The notes: generated by a model from the letters alone, not told the origin. A stretch of 64,000 nucleotides of DNA from the human T2T-CHM13v2.0 reference genome, Homo sapiens (GCF_009914755.1 NC_060926.1); one strand, 5' to 3'. Counted from the first letter of the stretch, positions 30,913 to 43,799 are shown. Program-made: numbers and translations.

Positions 30913-32399
30913 CTGGGTGATTTTCTTTACCATCTTCTTTTACCTTCTCTATTGCTGTGGTTTTCCTGTGAAGGGCATGTTAGCATAAATAAAATCACTA
31001 TTTTTTTTAAAAGCATTTAATCTTAAGTGAGTCAAAGTATTCAGGCTCATCTTTTTATCTTAAAAAATTATCTACAGGAAAAATTAGGAACCATATTATC
31101 TAAGATGGTCTATAATATTAAATGTAAATATATGCGAAATAAGAATACATGAGAAAATGCAGTGGGACCTCGAATGTTTTCACTGAATTATGACTTAGTC
31201 TTGTGCCTTTGTCAATGTAAATATGTAGAGACTTTCAGTCAAGATGTCACACTGAGGAATAGAGATATTTCCCTTCCTATTTTAAATTTAGAAACAAGGG
31301 AGAAAATATGATTTAAATATATACACAGACAAGCTAATTAAGAGGAATCTGAAAATGCTAGAAATAAAGAGGGCACCCAAAGACTCAGCGGTGCATCAGA
31401 CTTGATATAATACGGTCCACAGAAGGACCTGACTGGTCCGTGGATGGCACAGAGCTGGCCCTAGACTCCACGCATAGAGCAGGAGCTTCCCACCCTGGGT
31501 CATGTGTGCCACAAGGGTGAGCTGTGAGAACTTGAACTTTGTATAAGGGATTGATTAGAGACAGAGAAACCAGCACCAAAGTTAGTGCAGCAGGTCAAGT
31601 ACAAGACAAAGATGCCTTAGACCAGGGTGCTAGCAGCAGTGAGGGGTAACTGACTCAGGCCATGTTTTGGAGATAGACTCCACAGAATTGCTAATGATTC
31701 AAAACAGAGAAAGAACACATTAAGTGAAATAAGAGTCAAGAGAAACAGGATCATCTTAAGACCTGACATATGGTAAGGCTGAATAAATGTTAGAAATTAT
31801 AATTATTCATCACATATTTTATTCAGAGAAGATAATAGGTAGCTCTTTTCTAACCTCCTTTACACAAGAATGTTCAATCCAGAAAATGCTGGAGTAGAGG
31901 GGCACCTGAGTATCACAGGCCAGAGATCCACAATTAGGAATCTGCCTCGGGAGGTAGCTCTTTATTACACAGCACTCAGAAGACAGCTCAGCTTACAAGT
32001 CTGCCTCCTCAGAGATCAAGAGCCAGTGTGTAAAAATAAGGATTATGGCAGAGTTGATCTCTTCTGATCTTCTAAAATCTCCAAGTGAATTTTCAAGTTA
32101 TACCAACAAGCATAAGGCAAGCCTCCATCTGACAAATGACTGTTAACATCAGAAAAGTCTATGCATATTGAGTCTAGAAACTTGAAAAATATTTTGTATG
32201 ATAGCTACCATTTCCTCTATTTTCTTTTTACCAAGTTAATGCTAACACCTCCAGTCCATCACCCTCTCAAACTCTCCTCCCCATATCTAGAAAAAAAAAA
32301 AAAACCAAAAACAAAAATCATAAACAAACAGATTTCTTTCCACAGCTGAAGTGAATTACATCACTGCGTGTGAGGTAGATCCATTATTTCATTGTTTCT

Positions 32400-33330
32400 A
32401 TACTTTTAAAATAAAAATATAACAAATACAGAAAAGTACCTAAATAATACATAATAACATTTAATTATACACCAAGATAATCATACAACTCTACAAATTT
32501 TCTGAATGTGAACATATACATATTACTTTCGCTCAGAACAAGAAATAGAATATTGTCAGCATTCCATAAGTACCCAGTATGCTCCCTCCTGTTTCGTACT
32601 TCTTTTCCCAAAATAAGTACTATTCTGATTCCCATCACCATTGATTAGTTTTGTTGGGTTTGTAATTTATAGAATAGATTCACATTCCATATACTCTTTT
32701 TTAATCTGGCTTCTTTTACTCATCATATTATTGTGATTATGATTGTGACATTAATCCATGATGTTACTTTGTAGCAAAATGTGTTTATTTTCACTGCTGT
32801 ATACTATTCAATTGTAAGAACATACCACAAATTATTTCTTCATTCTACTTATTGATAAACATTTGGGTAGTTTCCAAGTTTTGACAATTATAAATGGTGC
32901 TCCCGTGAACATTCTTATACATATTTTTTAGTGCATAAGTGCATGTATTTCTGCTAGGTATATAACTGAGGGTCCTAAGATACGTAAATGGTCAAGTTGA
33001 ATAGAAAATGCCTAAAGTTTTCCAATGTAAGTTTACCAACTTACACTCCCAGGGCTACGTACGAAAATTTCAGTTTTCCCACACTTTTGACAACACTTGG
33101 AATTGTAATTTTTATTTCAGTCCTTATGGAGGATATGAATTGAAATCTAATTGTAGTTTCATTCTGTATTTTCCTAATTTCTAATCAGTTTGAATCCAAT
33201 TTCATGTTTGTCAGACATTTGGATACTCTGTCTTGTGAAGTGCTTGTTAGTTAAGTCCTAACTGCTTTTCTTCTGGAATATTTGTCATTTTCCTATTGAT
33301 TTGAAAAAGCTTTTTACTGTGTATATGTAG
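32400..33330 (-). mobile_element. Old L1M (MC/ME) 3' fragment
   Basis: AATCTGGCTTCTTTTACTCA, ACATTTGGGTAGTTTCCAAGTTTT, TTTACCAACTTACACTCCCA, reverse L1M 3' phrases. Confidence 0.7.
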
Positions 33331-33487
33331 TGGCTCTGTTTTAAAACTAAAGCAATTATAGGCAAACAAACATCATTTTATATGAGTATTATTTCAATGC
33401 GATGTCCAAGTAACAAAAATAACCTTAAAAATGAAATGTCTTCTTTTAAGTTAAGATGTATGATGATGATATTGGTAGTGACAATGA

Positions 33488-33513
33488 ACACACACACACA
33501 CACACACACACAT
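33488..33513. repeat. (AC)n microsatellite, about 13 units
   Basis: Direct reading. Confidence 0.95.
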
Positions 33514-33656
33514 ATCTCAACAGGAAAAGCACTTAATATTTATTGAGAGGTAGGATGTTCTATACTAAGGGTTTATATGCATGGTTTCCTCAAATATGTT
33601 CGAATAAAAATAAGAACTAGATGTTGTTATCTATTTCCAACAGAGACCAATGGGTC

Positions 33657-34020
33657 TGTATTAGTCTGTTCTTACACTGCTAATAGAGACATATCCAACA
33701 CTGGGTAATTTAAAAAGGAAAGAAGTTTAATGGACTCACAGTTCCACATGGCTTGGGGAGGCCTCACAATTATGGCAGAAAGCAAGGAGAAGCAAAGTCA
33801 TATTTTATGTGGCAGCAGGCAAGAGAGCTTGTGCAGGAGAACTCCCATTTATAAAACCATCAGATCTTGTGAGACTGATTCACTATCAGGAGAGCAGCAC
33901 AAGAAAGACCCACCCTCATGATTAAATTACCTCTCCCCTGGTCCCTCCCACTACACGTGGGAATTATGTGAGCTACAATTCAAGACGAGAGTTGGGTGGG
34001 GACATGGCCAAACCATAACA
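33657..34020 (-). mobile_element. THE1B-like solo LTR, inserted in a MIR
   Basis: TGTATTAGTCTGTTCTTACACTGC...CCAAACCATAACA with perfect 5-bp TSD GGGTC (33652-33656, 34021-34025). MIR-like flanks. Confidence 0.92.
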
Positions 34021-34777
34021 GGGTCTTAAAGAAATCAGGTAATTTGCCCAAGGCCACATAGGGAAATGACATCACCTTTATTGCAATAGAACTCTCCCTG
34101 GTCATGAATATAAGATGAATAAAGACAACCTGAAGCACCAGAAAATTGTGGGTCTTCCTATCTAAAAGGAAGGTATTAATAGGGAAGATAAAGATCAACA
34201 TAAATTAAACTAAGTGTGTCCTTTTATTGGGGGAAAATCAATTTTTGTGCCCATCTTCAGATTTTGTCACAAGGAAAGGTTGTTTGTTAAGCTTGTACTG
34301 CAAAGCATCAAGTCGTTTCTTAGCACACAGTATGTGGCATATATTAGACATGCAGAAAATATTTTCTGATTTAGGAAACAATTTTAATGTCACTTTCTCT
34401 ATAACTACAGATAACATCTAAATTGTTAATGCAAATTGTCTTTATTCAGGTCTTAATAAGAAGAAAAACTAAATAAAAATATTAACTATGTACTCAGTGT
34501 CAAATAAGCAGGCAGATATTGTACAATGCATGGCTTTGTATCACCTTTTCTTTAAAGGAATTGCTTGATTTAGATTAAACTTGAAAAAGAATTCACTAGC
34601 ACAGTAGTTGACAGAGGAAAGCTGACTTCTTTCTTTTCTAACAATAATTCACACCTGAAGACAAATAATAAATCAAGTAGGTAAATCCGGTGTTCAATCC
34701 CAACTAAACGAAAAAAAAATCACACTAAACTAAAATTAATATGCTGTGAATTTGTCCATAGATTTACAGGCATATAA

Positions 34778-34888
34778 ATACACATACACACATATTTCTC
34801 TCTCTCTCTCTATATATATATATATCACTTTCTCTCTCACCTCCTTTCTCTTTATTTCTCTCTCTCTCACACACACTCACATACACAA
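34778..34888. repeat. Compound (CA)/(CT)/(TA) low-complexity repeat
   Basis: Direct reading. Confidence 0.8.
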
Positions 34889-36851
34889 ATATTCTGAAAT
34901 AAATATATTTGCTGTATAAAAATTATTTAAGTATCTAAAGTGAAACCTAGCCTGCTGCTTCTTCCCTTCATCACCCATGAATAATCACAATTTGGGCTAT
35001 TTTTTAACATTTTTTTAAGCCCGGAAGTAGAGTTATTTTCTCTATTTCCTCACCTGTTCAGGTTAAACCAATGTGTCAAGCCTCTCTCCAGAATCAGGAG
35101 CTCACGTCTACTGTTAAAAACAACCAGTGAAATTTAGCTTTCCTTGGCTGGTTGGGTTCCTTGTGCAGGGGAAAAGCAGCAGCCCCCAGTGGTTACAGGT
35201 AGCTGAGAGTAGGTGCCCCTTCTCCACAAGCTACTATCAGCCAGAATATTAGAATGAAAGCAAGTCTCAGTTCCAATTTTTGCATACATGTACACATTTT
35301 TTTGTGTTCTACAGGAACAAAAAATATTCAATTTGCATGGAAGCTAAATGTAGCCCCCACCTCCTATCTCTTTAAGGTTTCCGGTAAGCAACACTTCTAA
35401 AATAATTGCTCAAAAGCAATTATGATTTAATAACATACTAGAGACAGGATAAGCTAACCTTCAAATTCTATTAGGAGACAGAATCTTCTATTAAGTGGGC
35501 AGAACAGGACAGAACACATTTTTGACCTTGGACGTCTGTCTGAAGATCCCTACTTAACCAGATTTGTATAAGAAAGAATTAGATGCTGGTACACCACATC
35601 TAGTTAACTCACCTTACTTTGAACAACACTAATCCTATAATTCAAAAAGTCTTATCAAATATTCCTTTTGTTAACTATGGATATCTCCAGCACAGACTCA
35701 GATAATGATATTTGCAGGTTCTGCCTTAGCTACTTCCAGAATGTGGACTCTTAATTAGGATATTTCACATGCTACTAACTACATCACACAGTTCAGCCTC
35801 AAGTATTTTAAAGAATACTCAACAAGCAAACACAGCAACCAGGGAGATTGCAGAGGTGTGATTTTTGTATAATCCATGAGGAATGGTGGGTACTATCATG
35901 TGGAATTGTTTTCTGGTCTAGAGGGTAAAGCCTCAGAAGCCTGCAATGACCAGAAGTTTGGTGGGTGGCATATTTGCAGCACAACTGAATTCCCCGTGCC
36001 ATGGTCCTGACCAAAGCCAGGTGCTTTGATGAGTTCTCCTGTTTGGTTAATGCTTTGCTATCTCCCTACTTCTCAGAGCCTTGCGGACTTCAGACATATC
36101 CTAGAATGTCAGTTTTTCTAAAAGCAAGAGCCAGGATTCTTTCCTTTACTTTGTTCCACCAACTTGCACTATCATTACTTTATGAGCTTTGGTACCAAAG
36201 ATCTCTCCCTTTCATTTTTCTTGGACAGTGAAGCTTTGTTGCAGATAACAGGGTCATACATTTAAAGAATAAATAACTTAATTATATCTTTTCTCCTTAG
36301 TAGCTTGCACTCTTTGGGCAACTTCTAAATTTTTAACTGTTAAACACCAGTGGCTATTTATTTCCACTTTTTCTAGACAGCAGAGATTGACTGCTGCCAA
36401 GAGACCCCAGAACTTCAAAACAATTGCAAGTTACTTACTTTTTCTTGGTAGGAAAATTCCAAGCATGCCTTCAACAGAGAGGCCCTTTCCTAAAAGTTGG
36501 AGCAGCAGAATTTTCTGTGAGCCCTCTGTCTTTTGAGTAGAGGAAAGCACACATTTATTTTCTAGGGACATTTTTCTACATTTGCATCCATAATGCCAGT
36601 TTTTATTGTGAGACATGTATGTTGGGACATCTTGCTAAAAAATCTAATTTAGAAATTAGAGGCAATGAACTACCCCCGTTTTCAAATACAATAGAGGATA
36701 GGGAACTTGAGAAGAACATAGAATTGTTTTTGCACTTTCTTCTTGTTTTCACAAACATGCAGTTAATACATGGTTACTGAGAGAATATTTTGTTGGTCAC
36801 TGTTCTAGAAATTGGATATTCAGTGGTGAACACAGAGAGAGAATGCCCCTT

Positions 36852-37397
36852 TGTGATGGTTAATATTGAGCATCAACTTGATTGAAGGATGCAAAATATT
36901 GTTCCTGGGTGTGTCTGTGAGGATGTTGCCAAAAGAGATTAACATTTTAGTCAGTGGACTGGAAAAGGCAGACCCACCCTCATTCTGGGTGGGCACCATC
37001 AAATCAGCTGCCAGCGTGGCTAGAATAAAGCAGGCAGAAGAAAGAGGAATGAGCAGAGTCACTGAATCTTCCAGCCTTCATCTTTCTTTCCGTGCTGGAT
37101 GCTTGCTGCCCTCCAACATCAGACTCCAAGTTCTTCAGCTTTTGAACTCCTGGACTTACACCAGTGATTTGCCAGGGGACTTGGGCCACAGACTGAGGCT
37201 ACACTGTCAGCTTCCCTACCTTTGAGATTTTGAGACTGGGACTGGCTTCCTTGATCCTCAGCTTGCACACGGCCTATTGTGGGAGGCCTATTGTGGGACT
37301 TCACCTTGTGATTGTGTGAGTCAATTATCCTTAATAAACTCCTCTTCATATATACATCTATCCTATTAGTTCTGTCCCTCTAGAGAACCCCAATACA
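36852..37397 (+). mobile_element. HERV-L 5' LTR (MLT2A, probably MLT2A2)
   Basis: TGTGATGGTTAATATTGAG...CTAGAGAACCCCAATACA, AATAAA at 37333-37338. The ~550-bp length fits the longer MLT2A form. Confidence 0.92.
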
Positions 37398-37402
37398 GAT
37401 TT

Positions 37403-37417
37403 TGATACCAAGAGTGG
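37403..37417 (+). other. Primer-binding site, tRNA-Leu type
   Basis: TGATACCAAGAGTGG lies 5 nt after the LTR and has 2 mismatches to TGGTACCAGGAGTGG, the complement of the tRNA-Leu(TAA) 3' end. Confidence 0.75.
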
Positions 37418-37459
37418 TTCTAGAGGAACGGAATTTTAAGAATGGATTTTAGTTGGTTT

Positions 37460-39190
37460 TGGGGTTTCTGGAGTTGGCTGCTTAATACGATTAGACCCCA
37501 AAATGCTAAGGACTCTACTTCTAATAGTATGGAAAACACTGATAGTCCTTGGCATTAATTGTTTAGAGAGTTATGTACAATAAATGCATTTGATACTCCT
37601 GATTCGCCACTTGTGAGCGGCAAGGAGTTTAGTGACTCTATACATAATACCTTTGACCATATGTGGAGAACCAAGGAAAATAAAGTTGGCTGGTTGCTTT
37701 TAAGTTCACTGGACAAAGTGACAAAAGAAAAGGATGAGCACAGGGATTCTAACTCCCAGCTTCAGAAGCACATACTGAGCCTCAAGTCTTCTAAGATTGC
37801 CCTGAATGAGAATCTTATCTCCTGTAGACAAAGGGCTGAAATTGCAGAAAATCAGACACAAGCACTTATCATGAGAGTGGCTGACCTGCAAAGAAAGGTG
37901 CACACTCAGTCTCACCAGGTGTCTACTGTTAAAGTGAGGGCATTGACTGAAGAAGAACAGGACCCTGCAACTTGGAATGGGGATCTGTGGGAGGAACCTG
38001 ATGAAGCTGGAGACACTGAGCTTGTAAACTCTGATGAGCCTTTTTGGCCAGAGGAAACAGCCTGCTCACCCCCAGTGGTGGCAACATCCCCTCCCCCAAC
38101 CATGCTGCCATTAGCCTTTCCACATTTGTCTAAGGAGATTACGCATGCACTGCCTGAGGCAACAGTGATGGCCTCCCCTGAGGGAGTTGCCAGGCAAGAC
38201 AATGCTGATTCTCCTCAGGACCCAACCCCAACACCCCTGTTTGCTTCTACACCTATAACTAGACTTAAGTCCCAGCAGGCCCCTAGAGGTGAGGTTCAGA
38301 GTGTGATGCACAAGGAGGTGTGCTACACGCCAAAATAACTTCTTGAGTTTTCTAATTTATATAAGCAGAAATCTGGAGAACAGGCATGGGAATATGAAGG
38401 GTGTGGGATAATGGTGGAAGGGACGTTAAGTTGGATCAGGCTGAATTTATTGATATGGGCCAACTAAGCAGTTATCCTGCATTTAATGTTGTAGCTCGGG
38501 GAGTTAAAAAAAAGTTCTAATAGTTTACTTGCTTGATTAGCTGAACTATAGATCAAAAGATGGCCCACTGTGAGTGAGCTGGAAATGCCTGATCTCCTTT
38601 GGTTTAATGTAGAGGAAGGGCTGCAAAGGCTAAGGGACATGAGAATGCTAGATTGGATTAGTCACTATAGATGTATTCATCCCAACTGAGAGGGTCCAGA
38701 AGACATACCCTTCACCAATACTTTGCGAAATAGATTTGTGAGGGGAGCACCTGCAACCTTGAAGAGCTCTGTGATTGCTCTTCTCTGTATGCCAGATCTT
38801 ACAAGTGGGAACAACAGTTACTCATTAATTAAAAAGTTTAAATGCAATGGGAATAATTGGATCCAGAGGTGGCAGGGGCCAAATTGGTGGCACTCAACCA
38901 TCAAAGTTGAGGTGGGCATAGTTACCGCAGTGGACGGCAGAGGCAAAGCAGCAATCAGAATAGGCAACTCGTGTAGAGCTGTGGCATTGGTTAATTAATA
39001 ACAGTGTTCCTAGAAGTGAAACTGATAGGAAGCGTATTGCATTCTTACTTAATTTGTGTAAGAGAAAACTTCCAGGTTTTGTGGACAAATGAATAATTTG
39101 AATTATAAAAATAGAAAACCATGGCCCCTCAATCAATTTCCAGACTTGAACCAGTTTACAGACTCCAAGCCCCTTGAATGAAGGGGACAC
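37460..39190 (+). pseudogene. gag: HERV-L gag, disrupted
   Basis: ORF 37559-38338 (coiled-coil, WNGDLWEEP, Pro-rich). Downstream pieces LDQAEFIDMG and KRWPTVSELEMP carry stops and frameshifts. Confidence 0.88.
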
Positions 39191-39199
39191 CGAGTCCCT

Positions 39200-39660
39200 T
39201 TGAGGAAGAACCCCACTACACTACCAACAATTTATGCTGTTAATCTTTCTCCCATCTTTCCCCAGGAAGACCTCTGGCCTTTTACCAGGGTAAGTGTGCT
39301 TTGGGGAAAGGGGAATAATCAGACTTTTCAGGGACTACTGGACACTGGCTCTGAGCTGACGTTGATTCTAGAGCACCCAAAAAATATCATTGTGGTCCTC
39401 TGGTTAAAGTAGGGGCTTATGGAGGTCAGGTAATTAATGGAGTTTTAGCTCATGTCTGACTTACAGTGGGTCCAGTGGATCCCCAGACTCACCCTGTGTT
39501 CATTTCCCCAGTGCCAGAGTGTATAATTGGCACAAAGATACTTAGCAGCTGGCAGAATCCCCACATTGGCTCCCTGACTCATAGGGTGAGGGTTATTATG
39601 GTGGGAAAGGCCAAATGCAAGCTGTTAGAGCTGTCTCTACCTAGAAAAATAGTATATAAA
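39200..39660 (+). pseudogene. pro: HERV-L aspartic protease, disrupted
   Basis: LLDTGSELTLI (DTG at 39341-39349), then PVFISPVPECIIG in a shifted frame. Confidence 0.88.
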
Positions 39661-42195
39661 AAAAAATCACATCCCTGGAGTGATTGCAGAGATTAGCGCC
39701 ACCATCAAGGACTGGAAAGATGCAGGGGTGGTGATTCCCACCACATCCCCGTTCAACTATCCTATTTGGCCTGTGAAGAAGACAGGTGGTTCTCAGAGAA
39801 TGGCAGTGGATTACTGTAAGCTTAACCAAGTGGTGACTCCAATTGCAGTTGTTGTACCAGATGTGGTTTCATTGCTTGAGCAAATTAACACATCTGCTAC
39901 CGAGTACGTAGTCATTGAGCATACCTTTTTATCCATTCCCAAGGCCCACTAGAAGCAATTTGCCTTCAGCTGGCAAGGTCAGCAATATACCTTCACTGTC
40001 CTACCTCAGAGGTATATCAACTCTCCAGCTGTGTGTTTTAATCTTGTTCACAGATATCTTGATCACTTTTCTCTTCTACAAGGTATCACAATGGCCCATT
40101 ACATTGATGACATTATACTGATTGGATCCAGCGAGCAAGAAGCAGCAAATACAGCGGACTTATTGATGAGATATTTGCATGCCATGGGATGGGAAATAAA
40201 ACCAACTAAAATTCAGGGAGCTTTTACCTGAATAAAACTTCTAGAGGTCCAATGGTGTGGGGCCTGTCGAGATATCCCTTCTAAGGTGCAGGATAAGTTG
40301 CTGTGTTTGGCCCTTTCTACAACCAAGAAAGAGGCACAATGCTTAGTGGGCCTATTTGGATTTTGGAAGCAACACATTCCTCATTTAGGTGTGTTACTTT
40401 GGCCAGTTTCTCAAGTGACCCAAAGGTTGCCAGTTTTGAGTGGGGTCCAGAACAGTAGGAGGCTCTGCAACAGGTCCAGGCTGCTGTGTAAGCTGCTCTG
40501 CCACTTGGGTCATATGGCCCAGCAGATCCAATGGTGCTTGATGTGTCAGTAGCAGGTAGGGATGTTGTTTGGAGCCTCGGGTAGGCACCCATAGGTGAAT
40601 CACAGCAGAGGCCTCTAGAATTTTGGAGCAAGGCCCTGCCATCTTCTGCAGATAACTACTCTCCTTTTGAAAGACAGCTCTCGGCCTATTACTGGGCTTT
40701 GGTAGAAACTGAACATTTGACTATGCGTCATCAAGTCACCATGTGTCCTGAACTGCCTATCATGAACTGGGTGCTTTCTGACCCATCTAGCTATAAAGTT
40801 GGGTGTGCACAGCAGCATTCAATCATCAAATGGAAGTGGTATGTAAGTGATCAGGCTAAAGCAGGTCCTGAAGGCACAAGTTGCATGAGGAAGTGGCTCA
40901 AATGCCCATGGTTTCCACTCCTGCCACCCTACCTTCTGTCCCCCAGCCTGTACCAATGGCCTCATGGGGAGTTCCCTATGATCAGTCGCCAAAGGAAGAG
41001 AAGACTAAGGTCTGATTTACAGATAGTTCTGCACGATATGCAGGTGCCACCCGGAAGTGGACAGCTGCAGCACTACAGCCCCTTTCTAGGACATTCCTGA
41101 AGGACAGTGGTGAAGGGAAATCTTCCCAGTAGGCAGAACTTTGAGCAGTGCACCTGGTTGTGCACTTTGCATAGACGGAGTAATGGCTAGATGTGCGATT
41201 ATATACTGATTCATGGGCTGTAGACAATGGTTTGGCTGGATGGTCAGGGACTTGGAAGCAGCATAATTGGAAAATTGGTGATAAAGAAATCTGGGGAAAA
41301 GGTATGTGGATAGAGCTCTCTGAGTGGTCGAAAACCATGAAGATATTTGTATCACATGTGAATGCTCACCCAAGACTGATGTCAGCAGAGGAGGATTTTA
41401 AAATCAAATGGATAGAATGACTCATTCTGTGGACACCACTCAGCCTCTTTTCCCAGCCACCCCTGTCATCACCCAAAGGGTCCAAGAACAAAGTGGCCAT
41501 GGTGGCAGGGATGGAGGCTATGCATGGGCTCAGCAACATGGACTTCTACTCCAAGGCTGACCTGGCTATGGCCACCAGTGAGAGCCCAGTTTGCCAGCAG
41601 CAGAGACCAACACTGAGCCCTAGATATGGTACCATTCCGAAGGGTGATCAGCCAGCTACTTGGTGGCAGGTTGATTATATTGTACCTCTTCTATCATGGA
41701 AAGGGAAGTGGTTTGTCCTCACCCAAATAGACACTTACTCCGGATATGGGTTTACCTATCCTGCACACAATCCTTCTGCCAAGACTACCATACGTGGACT
41801 CATGGAATGCCTTAACCACCCTCATGGTATTCTACATAGCATTGCCTCTAACCAAGGCACTCACTTTATGGCTAAAGAAGTGAGGCAGTAGGCTCATGCT
41901 CATGGAATTCACTGGTCTTACCATGTTCCCCATTATCTCGAAGCAGCTGGATTGATAAAATGGTGGAACGGCCTTTTGAAGTTACAATTCCAATGCCAGT
42001 TAGGTGACAATACTTTACAAGGCTGGAGTAAAGTTCTCCAGAAGGCCATGTACGCTCTGAATCAGCATCCAGTATATGCCACTGTTTCCCCCATATCCAG
42101 GATTGATGGGTCCACGAATCAAGGGGTGGAAGTGGCACCACTCACCATTACCCCTAGTGACACACTAGCAAAATTTTTGCTTCCTGTTCCCACAT
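39660..42195 (+). pseudogene. pol: HERV-L pol (RT, RNase H, integrase), disrupted
   Basis: SPFNYPIWPVKK, VDYCKLNQ, LPQRY, YIDD (40100-40111). RNase H FTDSS/AEL/YTDSWA. Integrase WQVDYI, IDTYSGY, SNQGTHF. Many stops and frameshifts. Confidence 0.95.
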
Positions 42196-42500
42196 TATGT
42201 TCTGCTGGCCTTGAGGTCTTAGTTCAAGAGGGAGGAATGCTGCCACCAGTATACACACAATGATTTCATTAAATTGGAAGTTAAGATGGCCACCTGGCCA
42301 CTTTGAGCTTCTCCTACCTCAGAGTCAACAGGCTAAGGGAGTTACAGTGTTGTCTGGGGTGACTGACCTGGACTATCAAGATGAAATCGGACTACTACTC
42401 CACAATGGAGGTAACGAAAAGTATTTGTGAAATACAGAAGATCCCTTAGGGTGTCTCTTAGTATTACCATGCCTTGTGATTAAGGTCAATGGCAAACTAC
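42195..42500 (+). pseudogene. HERV-L dUTPase remnant downstream of integrase
   Basis: SAGLEVLV...LPP, WKLRWPPGHF, and GVTDLDYQDEIGLLLHNGG (motif III-like, GVIDxDYxGEI). Post-integrase position is characteristic of ERV-L. Confidence 0.8.
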
Positions 42501-43002
42501 AACAACCCAATCCAGGCAGTACTACAAATGGCCCAGACCCTTCAGGAATGAAGGTTTGGGTCACTCTACCAGGTAAAAAAAACACAACCTGCTGAGGTGC
42601 CTGATGAAGGCAAAGGGAATACAGAATGAATAGAAGAAGGTAGTCATCAATACTAGCTATGACCATGTGACTGGGCGCAGAAACAAGGATTGTAATTGTC
42701 GTAAATGTTTCCACCTTATTTTCTTAAGAATATGTTTGTACCTGTATACACTCGTACTAAGAAAGTATCTTCATTTTTCTTTTCCTTTGTCATGTGACAT
42801 AAGATTTATTAACTTCATATCAGCATTTAAGTGTTGTTAAATTTTTGTAATAACATTTAAGTTAAGGCTTAGTGTGCTTCTGGTTGTATGAAGGATAGCT
42901 GTATCACATTAGGCATAATTATGACCTTATCATTGTTTTTATTTGTAGGTTATGCATAATTTCAGGAGATGTGTATGGGTTTAAGTTGATGAGCAGTGGA
43001 CA

Positions 43003-43552
43003 TGTGATAGTTAATATTGAGTGTCAACTTGACTGGATTGAAGAATGCAAAGTATTGTTCCTAGGTGTGTCTGTGAGGGTGTTGCCAAAGGAGATTAACA
43101 TTTGAGTCAGTGGAGTGGGAGAGGCAGACCCACACTTATTCTGGGTGGGCACCATCTAATCAGCTGTCAGCATGGCTAGAATACAGCAGGCAGTAGAAAG
43201 TGGAATGAGTAGACTCACTGAGACTTCTGGTCTTCATCTTTCTCCCAAGCTGGATGCTTGCTGCCCTCCAACATCAGATTCCAAGTTCTTCAGCTTTTGG
43301 ACTCTTGGACTTACACCAGTGATTTGCCAGGGGCTCTCGGGCCTTCGGCCACAGACTGCAGGCTGCACTGTCGGCTTACCCACCTTTGAGGTTTTAGGAC
43401 TGGGACTGGCTTCCTTGATCCTCAGCTTGCACAGGGCCTACTGTGGGACTTCACCTTGTGATCGCTGAGAGTCAATACTCCTTAATAAACTCCTCTTCAT
43501 ATATACATCTATCCTATTAGTTCTGTTCCTCTAGAGAACCCTGACTAGTACA
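43003..43552 (+). mobile_element. HERV-L 3' LTR (MLT2A, probably MLT2A2)
   Basis: TGTGATAGTTAATATTGAG...GAGAACCCTGACTAGTACA, collinear with the 5' LTR. AATAAA at 43484-43489. Confidence 0.92.
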
Positions 43553-43648
43553 CCCCTGTACTCATGGCATTCACATTGGAATGACTCACACCACAAATTG
43601 CTCTGCAGTTTTTTAAAAAAAAATTAAAAAATTAAAAATATATAATGT

Positions 43649-43763
43649 ATCTGGGTATGGTGGCTCCTTCTTGTAATCCATGCTATTTGGGAGGCTAAGG
43701 TGGGAGGATCGCTTATGGCTGGGAGTTTGAGACCAGCCTGGGCAATATACCAAGACCAGTTTC

Positions 43764-43799
<36 letters not shown>

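Larger units (their letters stand above)
36852..43552 (+). mobile_element. Full-length HERV-L provirus (ERVL), decayed
   Basis: Two homologous LTRs with TG...CA ends, near-TSD CCCTT/CCCCT, PBS, gag-pro-pol-dUTPase remnants and no env. About 6.7 kb. Confidence 0.97.

Noticed and set aside
31385-31525. GC-richer patch ending in donor-like AGG|GTGAGC, a possible exon
   Set aside because: No clear acceptor, no recognisable protein and no transcript evidence.
35020-35205. ETS motif CCGGAAGT followed by a polypyrimidine-CAG acceptor and a weak donor
   Set aside because: Single short motifs occur by chance and the frame is unrecognisable. It cannot be supported without expression data.
42376-43002. 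Possible env between dUTPase and the 3' LTR
   Set aside because: Only about 0.5 kb, no plus-strand ORF or TM/ISD motifs, and ERV-L lacks env.
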